DNA of 64,000 nucleotides from Camelus ferus (taxonomy: Eukaryota): assembly GCF_009834535.1 (NCBI RefSeq), contig NC_045697.1, forward strand, positions 9,798,001 to 9,862,000. The letters run 5' to 3'. Each line of letters starts with the position of its first letter. Position 1 is the first letter of the stretch. Positions 37,001 through 49,730 of this stretch are shown one piece after another. The notes beneath the pieces are model-generated. The model was not told where the DNA came from, did no database searches, and saw only the letters and a list, made by a program, of their open reading frames with translations. A program made the translations under genes and the position numbers.

Positions 37001-37199
37001 AGCCGGTTTTTCACCACGAAGCATATTTCTTAGAACTTTAAATGTGGGCTTATGATTCTTATTTTTAAATTGAAAATAAAAAAAATGTATTTTTTGTATA
37101 GAACTTGCAGTGATAGAAGCAAGTACATGGGATAATTAGGCCTATGAATTTTAGCTGCTTATGGTATTTGAAGAGTATCCAAGAATCTCTAATGGAGGT

Positions 37200-39700
37200 T
37201 TTCCTCTGGAGTATACAACTTTATCCTTTTGAAATGTTTGTTTTCTTATTACATAAAGTATTATGTATTCATTAAAAGAAATTTGGAAAAACTAGGCAAA
37301 AAAAGTTTTTAAAATCATCAATAGTTCCATAAGGTAGAATAACCATATTTGATATTTTTGGTATATAATTTTTCTAATGTTTTCTTTTTAAATATATAAG
37401 TTTAAGATATTTGAAATATTCAAATATTTATCTTCCCTCCAACCTGGTGATCTTATAAAAAATTAGTTTAAAAAATATGTACGTAGGTTAAAAAGTGAAA
37501 TAGTGCCATAAGGCTCATAGAGCAAAAAATAGAAGTCTTCTTCCTGGTTCTTCTCTGTCTACTTTTGATTCCTGTTCCTTAGATGTAGCTACTTTGAACT
37601 TTATTTAGCAATTCTTCCTGTAATGATGATTTGTAAATAATATTTACGCTTTATATCTCCTACATTTTAGGTATTTGTTGACTATCTACTTTGATTTACC
37701 CATACCTCCAACATTGTGCTCTGTCCTCTTAAAATTATTTTAGGGCCACTTTTGTTTAAGTTAGGGGGAATATTACTATGATAATGCAAATATTACTTGT
37801 AGATGAACCTCATATGTTTTGTATTACAACATTTTCTTTTTCATATAACTTTGCTTTTCCTGGAATTAATCATTGTTTCTTTTGGTTTGTTTGCTTAGTT
37901 TTCTAAGTACTTGTCACTGATTCATCCCAGAATATGTTTATAGAACTATGAAGTTTCTCTCAATTCACGTAAAAACATCAAATAATCTAGGTTTTTTTTT
38001 TTTCTTTTTGTCTATTGTTGTTGATATCCTTGTAGCCCACCATAACTGTCAATTTGGCACTTCCTTAATCCCTGGAATTCCTTTTTCCTTTGGAGTTCTT
38101 GTCCTGATTTCCATGTGCTTTCTTCATGGTGTGAACCTTTGTTTTATTGGACCTGTCTTACAGTACCTTCCTTCAGTTGGAATATAAATTTTGAGACCTG
38201 TATGTATGAAAATATGTTTATTCTACCTATATAAGGTGATAGGTTGGTGTAGAATTCTGTATTAGTAATTGAATGTTGAAAGCAAAGCTTCATTACTTCT
38301 AGGGTTACTGTATGTAATACCATTCTAAAACCTGTTCATTTGTATGGTTGATTGCCTTGTTTTGTGTTGTTTTTTTTTTAATTTTTTGCTTTTTTTTACT
38401 GGAAGCTTTTAGAATGTTTTTATGTCTGTGGTCCTGAAATTTCATGATAATGATATATGGGTCTCTCAGGGCATGGTGGTGGGGGACTTTACCTACCTGT
38501 CTTCTTCCCTCCTTCCCTTTCTTACTTCCTCCTTTCCCCTCCCCTCCCCTTCTCTCCCTTCCCCTTCCCTTATTTTAATATCCTGCACTGCACATTTATT
38601 GGGTCATTTTAATTCAGAGATTAATTTCTTTCAATTCTTAGAAATTTGGAATGTTTCTCTGATGATTTTTCCCCTTCTATTTTTTATGTTACCTCTTTCT
38701 GGAGTTCCTGTTCTTCAGATACGAAACCTTCTATACTCATCATCTGCTTTTCTAATTTCCATTGCTTTATCTTTTGTGGTTTCCTCATCTCTGAATTTAA
38801 AATTTAAAAAAATGATTTTATTATTTAAAAATTTTTCTCCTACAACTTTAAAGACCCTCTTTTAAAATGTCTCAGTACTTTCCTATTTTTCTTCTTTGAT
38901 CTTATATTTCTGGAGTGTTTAACTTTAAACACCATGTTATAGTTTTTAAAGATTATTTTTCCAGTTCCTTGTATTGTCTCTGCTTCTTTTTAAGTTCCTC
39001 TTTTCTATTTGTTTAGTTTTGCTCTTATTTTTTTTTTCTCATGCTGGAGTTTTCATCAAATATCTTATGATCCTTTGCTGTCCATTTATTTTAAAGACAA
39101 GACAAAAACTCTGATGGTAACTCTGTGTATGTAGTTGGGGTTTATAATCTAGCAAGAGTTTCTGTAAGCCAACCAAGTTGAACTGTCACAATGTCTGTAT
39201 TCAGGTTTTTTCTTTTGGTTTGGGAAATGGAGCTGGATGTATGTCCCTCCTTCTGCCTGGGAGCTGTAGGCCTGGCTTCTAGCCTTCTTAGAAGAGCCAA
39301 AGAAGGGGCTGCGTTTCTTTCTGATTGATGTAAAAACTAACAAGTGATTGTTAGCCTTCCTGTTTTTAATTCTACCCCATATCTACTCTCATTGATAACC
39401 AGAGCTTATTTCTGAACCCTCCCAGGCTTCTGCTACGGTAAATGGCTTGTTTCTTGATCGTCTTCCCCATACACACACCGGTTCTGGTCTCAGTGCTGTC
39501 AGTGGTATTTGGTCTCCAAAGTCAGTTACCACTTAGCCAGTTATGTTCACAGCTTCCAAAAATGTCAATTTGATCCTTCTGTGATCATGTCCCATTTTCT
39601 TTGTCCTAGTGTGGGTTATGCCTCTTTAAAACTTCTGTGCTGTCATTTTAGGGATTTCAGGAAGCAGCAGGGATGAGCACATCAGTTGGAAGTCTCTGTA
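37200..39700 (-). mobile_element. Very old L1 (L1ME-like) remnants
   Basis: T-rich tract with ancient L1 motifs (tgaaaatatgtttattctacct, ctggaagcttttagaat, tcctgaaatttcatgataatg). Boundaries uncertain. Confidence 0.5.
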
Positions 39701-41089
39701 ACCCCTAGTCTGCTTACCTCCTTAGTGAGGCCCCACAACACTCCCAGTCCGTAGATTACTGTGGTAAAGGTTGTTAAGGAATCATACTCGTTTTTAATCT
39801 GGACACTTTTCTCATTTATTTTTGATTCAGTCAGTTTTTTTTTTTTTAAGTATATGTATCTTTTCTCATGATAGTGTGTCACGGGAGCAACTGACCACTT
39901 CTGTTTTTGCATTATCTTGAATCAGCATCTGTTTTAATGCCAAGCAAATAGAAGGGGCTCAATAAATTATTGGTTGAATGATTAAACATTTTTCCACAAT
40001 AATTCATTCTTTATCAATATTTATTTAGAACATTAAAAATTACTTACATGAATGTAAATCAGTGTATAACCATTCCCCTACAGTTGTACAGTTAGGTATT
40101 TTTTAGTTTTTACAAAAAAATCGGTGAACTTTTTCTGAGTTTATTTCCATTGAGTAGACTTAATACATTTGTATTTGAGGTTTTGAATATATATTGCCAA
40201 CTTGTTTTTAAGTTTTATGCCAGTTTATACTGCCACTGGTAATGTTTGATTACCCATCTGTTATCTTAATATTATTTTCATTAATAAAACACTTTTACAA
40301 TTTAGTTTGTGACCATTAGTGCAACTTGATTTTAATATTAATTGCTTATATCAATTCGTATCAGTTTTATTGCAGTAATTTTATGATAATACATTATCTT
40401 ACCAGATGATTGGTGACTTAATTTAAGTTTTGCCTTTTGTTGTTTTTGTCTTTCTTTGTGATTATACCTTACTTGGAACAAACTTTTTGATATTCTATAT
40501 TCCTTGGTATTTCTTAATATATTTCCTAAAATTGATTGGATAAAAGTTTTTAAAGTTTTAAATAATTGCTTAGGTGAAAAATTATGATGGGATCCTGATT
40601 TAAGAGTGAGTCAACTAGATTAATTTTCCTGGAAACTAAAGGAGATTGGTGGCTTTTAATAAATGTAGGTAAGGAATGATTCTCTTGCTTTCTTGGGATC
40701 TGGATCTAAGGGTCTTTTCTACGTTTGTATGATCTTATTCTTAGGCTTTTATGAGGCATGCATTGAGATTTGGGAGTGAGGTCAGGAATGACTGTCCTGC
40801 CCATTGGATCTGAGCAGAGATTGGAGTTATTCAAGGTTGGTAATGACCACATTCTGAGTGGATTTTACCAGGCTTCCTATAAACCATTTTTTTTTTACTA
40901 ATTGGATTTCAAAATAAAAGTGAAATGTATATATAATGAAAAAAACGTGAGACGAGTCTACCAAACCAGTGGGAGCAATGCTTTATTTAAAACATAAGAA
41001 GAAAGTATTAGATTTAAGGGTGTATGTGTGTATAATATTATATATATATATTAAACACACACACACAATGTGTAACATGCATATTGTTT

Positions 41090-41315
41090 ACTGAGCACCT
41101 GATGTATGCTAAGCACTGTTCTGAGGACTCTACATGTATATATTAATTTATTTAATGCTCACAACTAAGGGTAGATATTTACCCTTATTTTGCAGTTGGA
41201 TGACTGTGGTGGCTTACTAATAATAGTTATCCAAGTTTCAGTGCTGGGAAGTAGTGGAACTTAATAGCTAGTTCTTGAGTTTGTGCTTTTAACCACTGCA
41301 CCATACTGCCTCTCT
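41090..41315 (-). mobile_element. MIR SINE
   Basis: tttactgagcacctgatgtatgctaagcactgttctgag...atttaatgctcacaac...ttaaccactgcaccatactgcctct. Confidence 0.75.
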
Positions 41316-41749
41316 TATTAATTGGTTTAATATTCTAACTCAAACTGTTTATGATCTAGTATGTAATTTAAAATTTTTCCATTTAAAGGAGTTGGCAGAA
41401 TGTGTAGCATTGTTCTATAGCAATTTTCTCATCACTAATGAAGAGTAGGTTGGCATCATTAACGGTGAATATTAGGGTTTCGGAAATCATTTTTTGGATG
41501 TATTCATTAAAAAAAAGAAAACAGTTGTGCAGAAGGGAAAAATTTATCTTGACAAAGAACAAAAAACAGGACTTGTCTTCTTCCCTCCCCTCCCCATATT
41601 TAAGGGGTTTCCAAATGAACTAATAAAAGTTTGTTCTGTGATTTTTCCATTCACTGAGAGGATGTCCTTTCCATTCCCCACATGCAAACACATATTTAGA
41701 TATTGTGCTTTAGATTAAGTTCATGGTCCATGTAATAGAATGAGATACT

Positions 41750-42720
41750 TAATTCATCCATTTCATAAATATCTGGGGCCTGTTATGTACTAAGATTTGT
41801 TTTAGATGCTACAGATACAGTAGAGAATAAAAAAGACAAAGTCCTGCCCTCATGAGACTGTTTTAATGAAGGATAGGGGTAACAGGAATCAGTGCTAACA
41901 AGGAAAACACACAGTGTCATGGGTGCAGAGAAAGAAAGAAGCTGCTGTTTTAGATAGGATGGTCTGTGATGGCAGCTCTTAAAGACCTAAGTGAAGTGAG
42001 AGGTGCAAGCTTTGGTCATATGTAGGCAAATGCATTTCAGACAGAAAGAAGAGGAAATCTACAGATCCTGAAATGGGACCACTCCTGGCATATTTGAGTA
42101 ATATAGAGGCCAGTGTAGCTAGAATGGTAGAGGACAAGGGGCCAGATACTTATTCTAAGTATGGGAGGGTTTTGAGCAATAAAGCAGCATGGGCTGACTT
42201 AGGTTTTAAAAGTATCACACAGGCTTCTGAATAGAGACTACACTGTCAGGTTATTCCAGCAGTCTGTGCAGAGGTGGGGACGGCATGGGCTAGCGAAAAA
42301 GTCAAGGAGCTGGTGAGGAGCAATCAGATTGAGGTCTATGTCGATAATAGAACAGTTAAGGTTTGTTGACGAATTTATGCACAGATTAGACAGAGTGAAG
42401 AGTAAAGGTAACCCAAGGTTTTCGGATGAGCAAATTAATCGAAGAAAGTGCTATACATGGATCTGGGGAAATATGGGTTTGAGGGACAGAGGTTGCAGTT
42501 AGAGATATAAATGTGGAAATGCTGAGAGGTGATACTTGAAGTTTTGGTAGCAGATAATGTCACCTAGGGAGGCAGTATAAGAAGAGAAGTCCAAGGGTTG
42601 AACACTGGGGCTTTAACATTTAAAGGTTGAGACGAGGAAGAGGATACAGCAGAGACGACTTGAAGAATGGCTGCTGATAGAGAACCAAGAGAGTATGGTA
42701 CCTGGGAAAGAAGATAAGAG
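41750..42720 (-). mobile_element. L2 LINE fragment
   Basis: Antisense L2 3' end (attcatcc...aaagacaaagtcctgccctcatgag) followed by purine-rich L2-like body (gagggttttgagca, ggtaacccaaggtttt). Confidence 0.7.
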
Positions 42721-44109
42721 GGTACTTCACCAATCGGATGCCTTCTGGTTAACTAGAGGCCTTTCCACTTAAGAATACACAAACATTAAGAGATGTTGGG
42801 GAAGTGATTGCTTCATCTTATCCTTTCTAATTCATATTTCTACAATTTTAAAAGTATGTTTAAATCCAAGAAAAAATGAAATAAGAAAAGTTATAATCTT
42901 ATCACTATTTTATGTTATTTTTATTGGCATTAAGTAATTAGTTTGAAGAAAGAACTTGTATATTGATATCAATATTTATCAATAAGTATGTATATATGAT
43001 ATATATATATATGAATGGTCTTCAATATTGACTAAACTTTTGTATGTCTTAGAAATACTGCTTTGTTGAAATTTTAGTAACTGGTAATTGTCTTGCAGTA
43101 ATTGGTGTGCAGTTGTCATATTTCAGTGTTTTTTGATGCTCTAATACACATCTAAAATGGTTAACGTGACTTTTTAGATATTATTATGCATATTATTAAA
43201 ATCATAATAGACTAATAAGACAATTTTAAGATACTGAGTTATTCACTGACACATAAGAATAAATATACATTTTTCAAAAGTTTTAAATTTTATAGTATTT
43301 TAATGTAAAAGAAAATGTACCAAGAAATAATATATGCACATTAATTATAGATATGTTAAAACCATCTTGAAGTTTTTTATCATGTTTTCACAACAATAAA
43401 TAATAGCCCAGTTACCTATAATTCAGTTTGTCGAAACCTATTACTAGAGGACTTTATTTGTAAGGTTAGAAAACTGGTACAACAGAAAACTCAATAAGCA
43501 GCTTAGACAAGACAGATGTCTTTTTCTTTTACATAAACATAACACTCCTGGAAGTGGTACTGTGATTTTTATGGATCTAAGTCCTTCTGTTTTGTTGTTC
43601 TGCTGTCATTTTAACACCCACCTTCAGCCTCATGATCTGGGACGGCTGAGTGATTCAGTTGAGCTGTTGCATCTGCATTCCAGTAAGCTGGAGGTAAAGG
43701 AGAGGGACGATCTTCCCTTCCAAGGGTGCTTCGCAGAAACTTCACATACCAATTTTGTTTTACATCCCATTGTCCAGATCTTAGACACACAGGCACATTT
43801 AACTACAAGGAAGGCTCGGAAATTTATTTTTTCACTCTGGGCAGTCCTACGTCTGCCCGTTTGGGCGTCATAGCATTGACTGGAACAGGTGTTAATCTAC
43901 AGCTGCCAGCTGGTGCCACAGGCCTTTTAGACAACAGGGAGGAATTGGTGTTACTATAGTGTGGCCTTTTTGTGGGTTTTTTTTTTTCTCTTTTAAAGTA
44001 TAAGTTATCTAATATGCTACGTAATCATTCTATAACTTTTTTAATGGATGATTTACCTTACAACCGACCATACATCCTTTTCCCCAGATTGTTATTAGCT
44101 AGGAAGTCA

Positions 44110-44350
44110 TAGAAGAGAGTGACTAAGAGTAGGGCGCTAATCTGCCTGCATGGAATCCTACCAGTGCTACCTGCTGGTGGTGTAACCTTGGGCAAGCTGT
44201 TAAACTTTCTGTGGCAAAGGTTATCTTCAGCTGGGAGGATAACACTACCTAGCTCACAGGACTGTTGCGAGGTTTAAATAATTGGTTTCAAAGAACTTAG
44301 AAAATGAAATGAACTTAGAAATGGCTCATCGTTAAGCCCTCCAGTGTTGT
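44110..44350 (+). mobile_element. MIR SINE
   Basis: gctggtggtgtaaccttgggcaagctgttaaactttctgtg...acctagctcacaggactgttgcgagg. Confidence 0.7.
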
Positions 44351-46840
44351 TACTGTCAATTGACAGATTCTTAATGAAGTAATTTTAATACTATTCCATG
44401 TAAAATATAACTGTAAAATTTAACACGTAAAGATGCACTAATATTTCACTGTGGTAGAGGGAAAGTAATTGGATAACTTTAAAATGAGCCTAAATTGCTT
44501 ATTTAGTTCTGAGTATTTTATTAGTTATACGGAGAGGTTTTCTTCTTTGGAGAATTATATTTTAGAACATATTTGCAAATAGGTATTTGTTGTTTGAAGT
44601 TTCCACCTAAGGTGTGCCTTTTAAGTCCATTCAGAGCCAAGAAGTGAAAAGATTATTAGTAATGAAAATTTCCTGTTACCTGTGTCTTGGGATAAATAAA
44701 GTGAACAATGAAATTGTTGGAGGATCATTATGTGGCCATTCAAAGCTGAGGGTCCTTTGCAGTGGAGCTAGGCTTACAGCTCTTCGTAGTTTACTTCCCT
44801 TGGCAGTCTTGCTTGAACCCCTGCACTTGGTTAAACACCCCTCTGTGCTTTTTATATGGCATACTCTGCATAACTCTTTTTCACACTTGGCAGAGTTTAT
44901 TGAAATTGTGTATTTGTGTCTGTCTCCCCTACCACTTCATAAGCAGAGATTGTATCTCACTCATCTTTGTATCCTACACTGTCAGTATACAAACAAGCTG
45001 TAATGAACTTGTTACACTGAACAGAGCAATGCAGGTTGCCACTTTTGTAGGGATTTTAATTTTCAATCTCAATGAGTAACAGTGATTTTTTTTTCATAGC
45101 CTTAAATCAGTCTCTAAATTTGGTCGTCTGCAACAAGAAAAATAGGCCCATTTCCAAAATAAACTATGATCCTTCAAACAAAGTAATGTTCCATGCTGTT
45201 GAGATCCAGTTAAGAAAGGTCTGCTTCCTAACTCTTTATATCTTGTGCCTTTTGTACACACTCTCCTGTTTTTCACTCCATACTAAAGTATCACGACAAT
45301 GAACTTATTTGTATGTTTTTAGAGTATGACAGCTATATTTAAGAGCTAATTTAGTTAACCAGTATGCTGCATGAAACTCAGGAGTAGGTGGTGGTAAATT
45401 GTTCTTTGAAGGACAGAAACATTTATTTTGTTTAACTATGTTGAGTCTGAAAATAAAATGTGCTATAGTTAAATTAGAGCCCAGATGAAGTGTGTTTGTA
45501 TGTATAGGTGTATATATACATGCTTTGTGTGTGTGTATACATATATATATAATGTGTGTGTATATATGCACATTATCCATCTATATTTTAATGTCAAAAT
45601 TGGATTATCTTTGCCACTTGCTCTTGTACTAGTAGATGATCAAATTCTTTAACTTCATAATTAAAGCCAATAGACAGTCTCTTTTGTATGCGATATTTGG
45701 ATACAATAAAGGACCCTTAGAGTATACAGTACTTGATGAAGTGGTAAAGGTAGATGCAGTTAATCTGAATTCCTTATTAATTATGTCACATCCATTCAGA
45801 TATTTATTGGTCACCCTTCTGCTGTCAATGCATTATATGCTATCATAGTGTCTTTTGAAGGGCTATGCTGAAAGTTGCTAAACTGCAGTCTCACAGATAC
45901 TTAATTTTTAGTAGTTTTCTAAGTGGATTTTAATGTGTCTTTCTAATATTCTATCAGAGAGGCAGGCATTAGAGAAAAATCCTATATTTTAATGGACTAA
46001 AAACAATGATCATCCTCACTGTTGACATTTAGTCAAACAAATTTTATGATGTAAAACTGCTGGATAAACCACAGTATGTTTGTGCATCCCTTTTTTCTCT
46101 TCCACAGCAGTATATACTACTGTTGTCCTTTCTGCATTTAGTATATACAAAACTCTTCAATGAAAAATAACTCAAAGGAGATACTATGCTCTTAAGCTTT
46201 ATTATTTTCATTTTTTATAGTTTTATTTTTAAGTCATTTCTAGACTTTGAATGAGCGTAAATTTCCAGTATCATTTGCAATAAAACAATTAAGATGTTTT
46301 TATTAAACTCCTTTATTTAAGTACAACTTGTAAAATCATACTGAATTCAGTGGCAAGTTGTGATGAGTTTTTGCTGCTTATTTTTTATTTTAATATTTTG
46401 GTGGGGTTTTTATTTAAGGATGTGTCTTTCCTTCAAATTTTAGATACCTGTAGAGAGAATTACAAACAGCTTCGAAAATACTTTTTAAACTTTCACATCC
46501 TATGTTATCCTATAATATCCTATAATATATCCTATATTAAGTTTGAAAGACTAGGATACCTACATTCTTTTCATATTTTAAAAAATAAGCTTTATTCTGT
46601 AAGCATTGCTCTCATGTCACATTGTGCTCTTATAATCTAAGACTAAAGTTAACTGTTTTTTGTTTTTGTTTTCAACTTTCAGAGATAGTTTTAGTAAATA
46701 TACTTTGTGCTAAACAGTAATTTTTATTCCTTAAGAACTGAACTGTTCTCAGTAATATTCTCCTCCTTACCCCCTTTCCCTTTTTTGCTTTTCACATAGT
46801 TCTATAATCTTTCAAACTTCCCTTTCCTGTCTTTTTAAAG

Positions 46841-46891
46841 GTCGATTGAACTATCCACATCCAGGAACTGACAATCTGTTGATGTTAAATG
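46841..46891 (+). CDS. CPEB2: CPEB2 51-nt exon (17 aa)
   Basis: ctttttaaag|GTCGATTGAAC...TTAAATG|gtaagt encodes (G)RLNYPHPGTDNLLMLN. Symmetric phase 1-1. Confidence 0.95.
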
Positions 46892-47089
46892 GTAAGTTTT
46901 ATAAAAACATTTTGTTTCCAATTGATTTATATAAATAAAAATGATTGAATACATGTTTCTCTAAGCCTTCTCCATACACACAAGTTAATCATTTTATAAG
47001 TAGGAAAACAAAGCTACAACTCTTCCTGTACAAAAGGCAGAATTACAAGTTTGAGTGTATTCTCACTGGCAGAGTAACCACTGAAGTGT

Positions 47090-47310
47090 ATTTGTGACAG
47101 TATGATTTAATTCAGTGACCATAGACTTTGGAGACAGTTCTGAGTTTGAATATTGGCTTTCTAGTTTGCTTTATTACCTTGGTCAAGTAACTTCTGTGAG
47201 CCTTAGTTTCCCTTCTGTGAAATAGTAACAATCTCAAAGTTCATTATGAGAATTAAATGAGATGCTGTTTGCAAAGTACATAGAATGTGTTACTTAGTAG
47301 AGCACCTGTG
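47090..47310 (+). mobile_element. MIR SINE
   Basis: catagactttggagacag...gagtttgaat...ccttggtcaagtaacttctgtgagccttagtttcc...gagaattaaatgagat. Confidence 0.75.
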
Positions 47311-49229
47311 TTTATGTTCAACTAAGGAATATACTGGTGACTGTAGAAATATGGGAGTCACAGTAACTTAATTTTTCCTAGCTGTAAAGTTTACACAGTG
47401 AATTTCACTCTGGTGAAAAATAGACTTTCATTAAATTCCTTTCTATCTTTTGAACAAAGATTGTATTCAACTAAAGCTTTGTTGAAGAAAGATGGCAATG
47501 AAGTTGACGAACAAAGGCTGAAAAAAAGGCCAGTGGAAAGCTAGACCATGTGAACTCTAGTGTTAAGTAAAAACTAGTATTAAGGAAAGATAAAAAGATA
47601 GGAATTAAGTCCAGGCTACCTAGGAGATTGTCAAGATAGATGGGATTTTGGAATTAGAGAAAGGTTGAAGCAGAGCATTAAGTGAGGTGATTGATTGGTT
47701 CATTCAACATTTGACTCTTTTGTATTGAGTTTCCTACCACATGCTATCCTAGTCTAAGCAGTGGATTATCGATTAGTGAGGATCTTCAAGGATGGTTAGA
47801 GGTAGAATTGTCAGGGTGCTAACAGTGGGGCCAGACTGTGTATACATGGCTGAAGCCATGTTCAGGCTAGACCTTACAGTGGTCTAGTAGTCCACATATA
47901 TGAATTCAGGGAATTACAGTGTTTCCATAGACCTTAACCAGAAAGGCAGTGGAAATTACATTCCAGGACTTCTTCGTCAACTTTTTTTCTACCATGGAAT
48001 TAAAAAACCATATTGTTTGAGTAGCTAGCTGGTCTCTGAACTCTAAATCTATGACTAAAAATTATATTGCTGAAATTAAGTTTACAAACAAAATAGATTG
48101 TAAGTTTTATTATTCTCATGGCTTGATTTATAAAATAATTATAGCTTTGGGTAATGATAAGTTATTTATATATGGATCCTAACTTCCTTAGATTCTTTTC
48201 TTTTGCAACATTCTGTGTGGTAAAGATAGATCATTCACATTTCTATTTTAACTTCTAAAAAAAAGCAGTTCAGTTGAAAAATTTGAATTAACATGTTTCA
48301 CGTATTCTATTAAAATCCATCTGAAGGAAAGTACTGTATGAGATAATTTGTTAGATCATTCACAGATGTTCTTAGACTGCTGAATACATAGTAAAGTAGG
48401 ATGATTCAGAAGTATATTGTAATCACAATAGAATGTGTCTTTTGTGTGAGTAAAGAACTTAGTAGCCACACTGTTTTTACAGCTTATACTTTTGGTTACG
48501 CTAAACATTATTAAACTAATTGATTTCATCAGTTGCCTAAAGCCCTTATAAATAATCTAGGTGTTAGGTTGAAAGTGATTCATCACGTAGTAGACACAAG
48601 CATATTTTGTTTCAGGCAAGAGTTGCATCTTGTGGACAAATCTGCTTTTTTTTTTTATTAGGTGAGCATTTTTCACAGTCTGTCACTTTAGTGCTACAGT
48701 GCGTACTCAGTACTGTATGGAAGCCATCCTAGAAATTCTGAACTTCTGGCAAAGGACTGGGGGGGAAATGATAATGAAACTAGAACATCAATATGTGTTT
48801 AGGTCAGTGGAAAGAATTTGATCCAAAGAGAAAAAAAATATGTTGCTTATTTGGGATCGTTGGTTAAGAGGGAAAGCAAGAAGCAGAAAATTAGATATAT
48901 TTATAGGGTAAGGAAATATTTGAATATTAAAGATTTAGATAATTTTTTGTAGACATCAAGGTTATTGAAGACAAAAATGGAAATAAGTGATATTTATATA
49001 AAACCTCTGCCTATACTAATTATTAAATATTATTGACTGAAGAAATTGTCGCATCTCAGTACATAGACTTGCTTTTTAAATTGTTTTATAGTATGTCACA
49101 GATTTGACTATTAGGCAGTTGATTAAGTTCTATTACTTAACCAACAAGCATAGCTAATATTAACTTTGAAAACCAATATTGGTAATAAATTATACGTTAG
49201 TATTTTTGTGTGTGTGTGTGGTGGTTTAG

Positions 49230-49460
49230 TAGTAGTACATGGTGATTGGTACCACAGACTATGGACCAAGGTTATCTGGGTTTAAACCCAAGTTTGCTAT
49301 TTCTAGCTGTGTGACCTTGGGCAGCTTACCTAACTTCCCTTGGACTCAGAGTCCTCATGTGTAAAAGAGAGACAGCATGCTACCTGCCTCCGGAGGTCGT
49401 TGTGAGAAGTGAGTGAATTTATTCATGTAAAGTCTTTAGAACAGTTCCTGAAAGTGAAAG
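49230..49460 (+). mobile_element. MIR SINE
   Basis: ctgggtttaaaccca...ctagctgtgtgaccttgggcagcttacctaacttcc...cctcatgtgtaaaa. Confidence 0.8.
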
Positions 49461-49544
49461 TTAGTTGTGGCAATGTGTGATGAACAGTGACTAAAATGAC
49501 TCTGAAAGAATAAAAATCATGTCCCGTCAATAGCTGATAAGAGT

Positions 49545-49730
49545 TGGATCTGTTTGGAGAATATAAAATTAAGAAAAGACATAACTGATATTTTCAACTA
49601 TTTGAAAATATGAAGGCTGCTCTGTATAGTGAACAAAGGAGGTTTGTTTTATATTGTTTCAGAAAGCCAAGCTAGAACCATGTGGAAGAAGCTGTATAGG
49701 GACAAAATTATAGTCAGTAAAATAAATTGA
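49545..49730 (+). mobile_element. L3/CR1 LINE fragment
   Basis: ctgtttggagaa...gacataactgatattttcaactatttgaa...ttgtttcagaaagccaagctagaacca resembles the CR1/L3 ORF2 3' end. Confidence 0.55.
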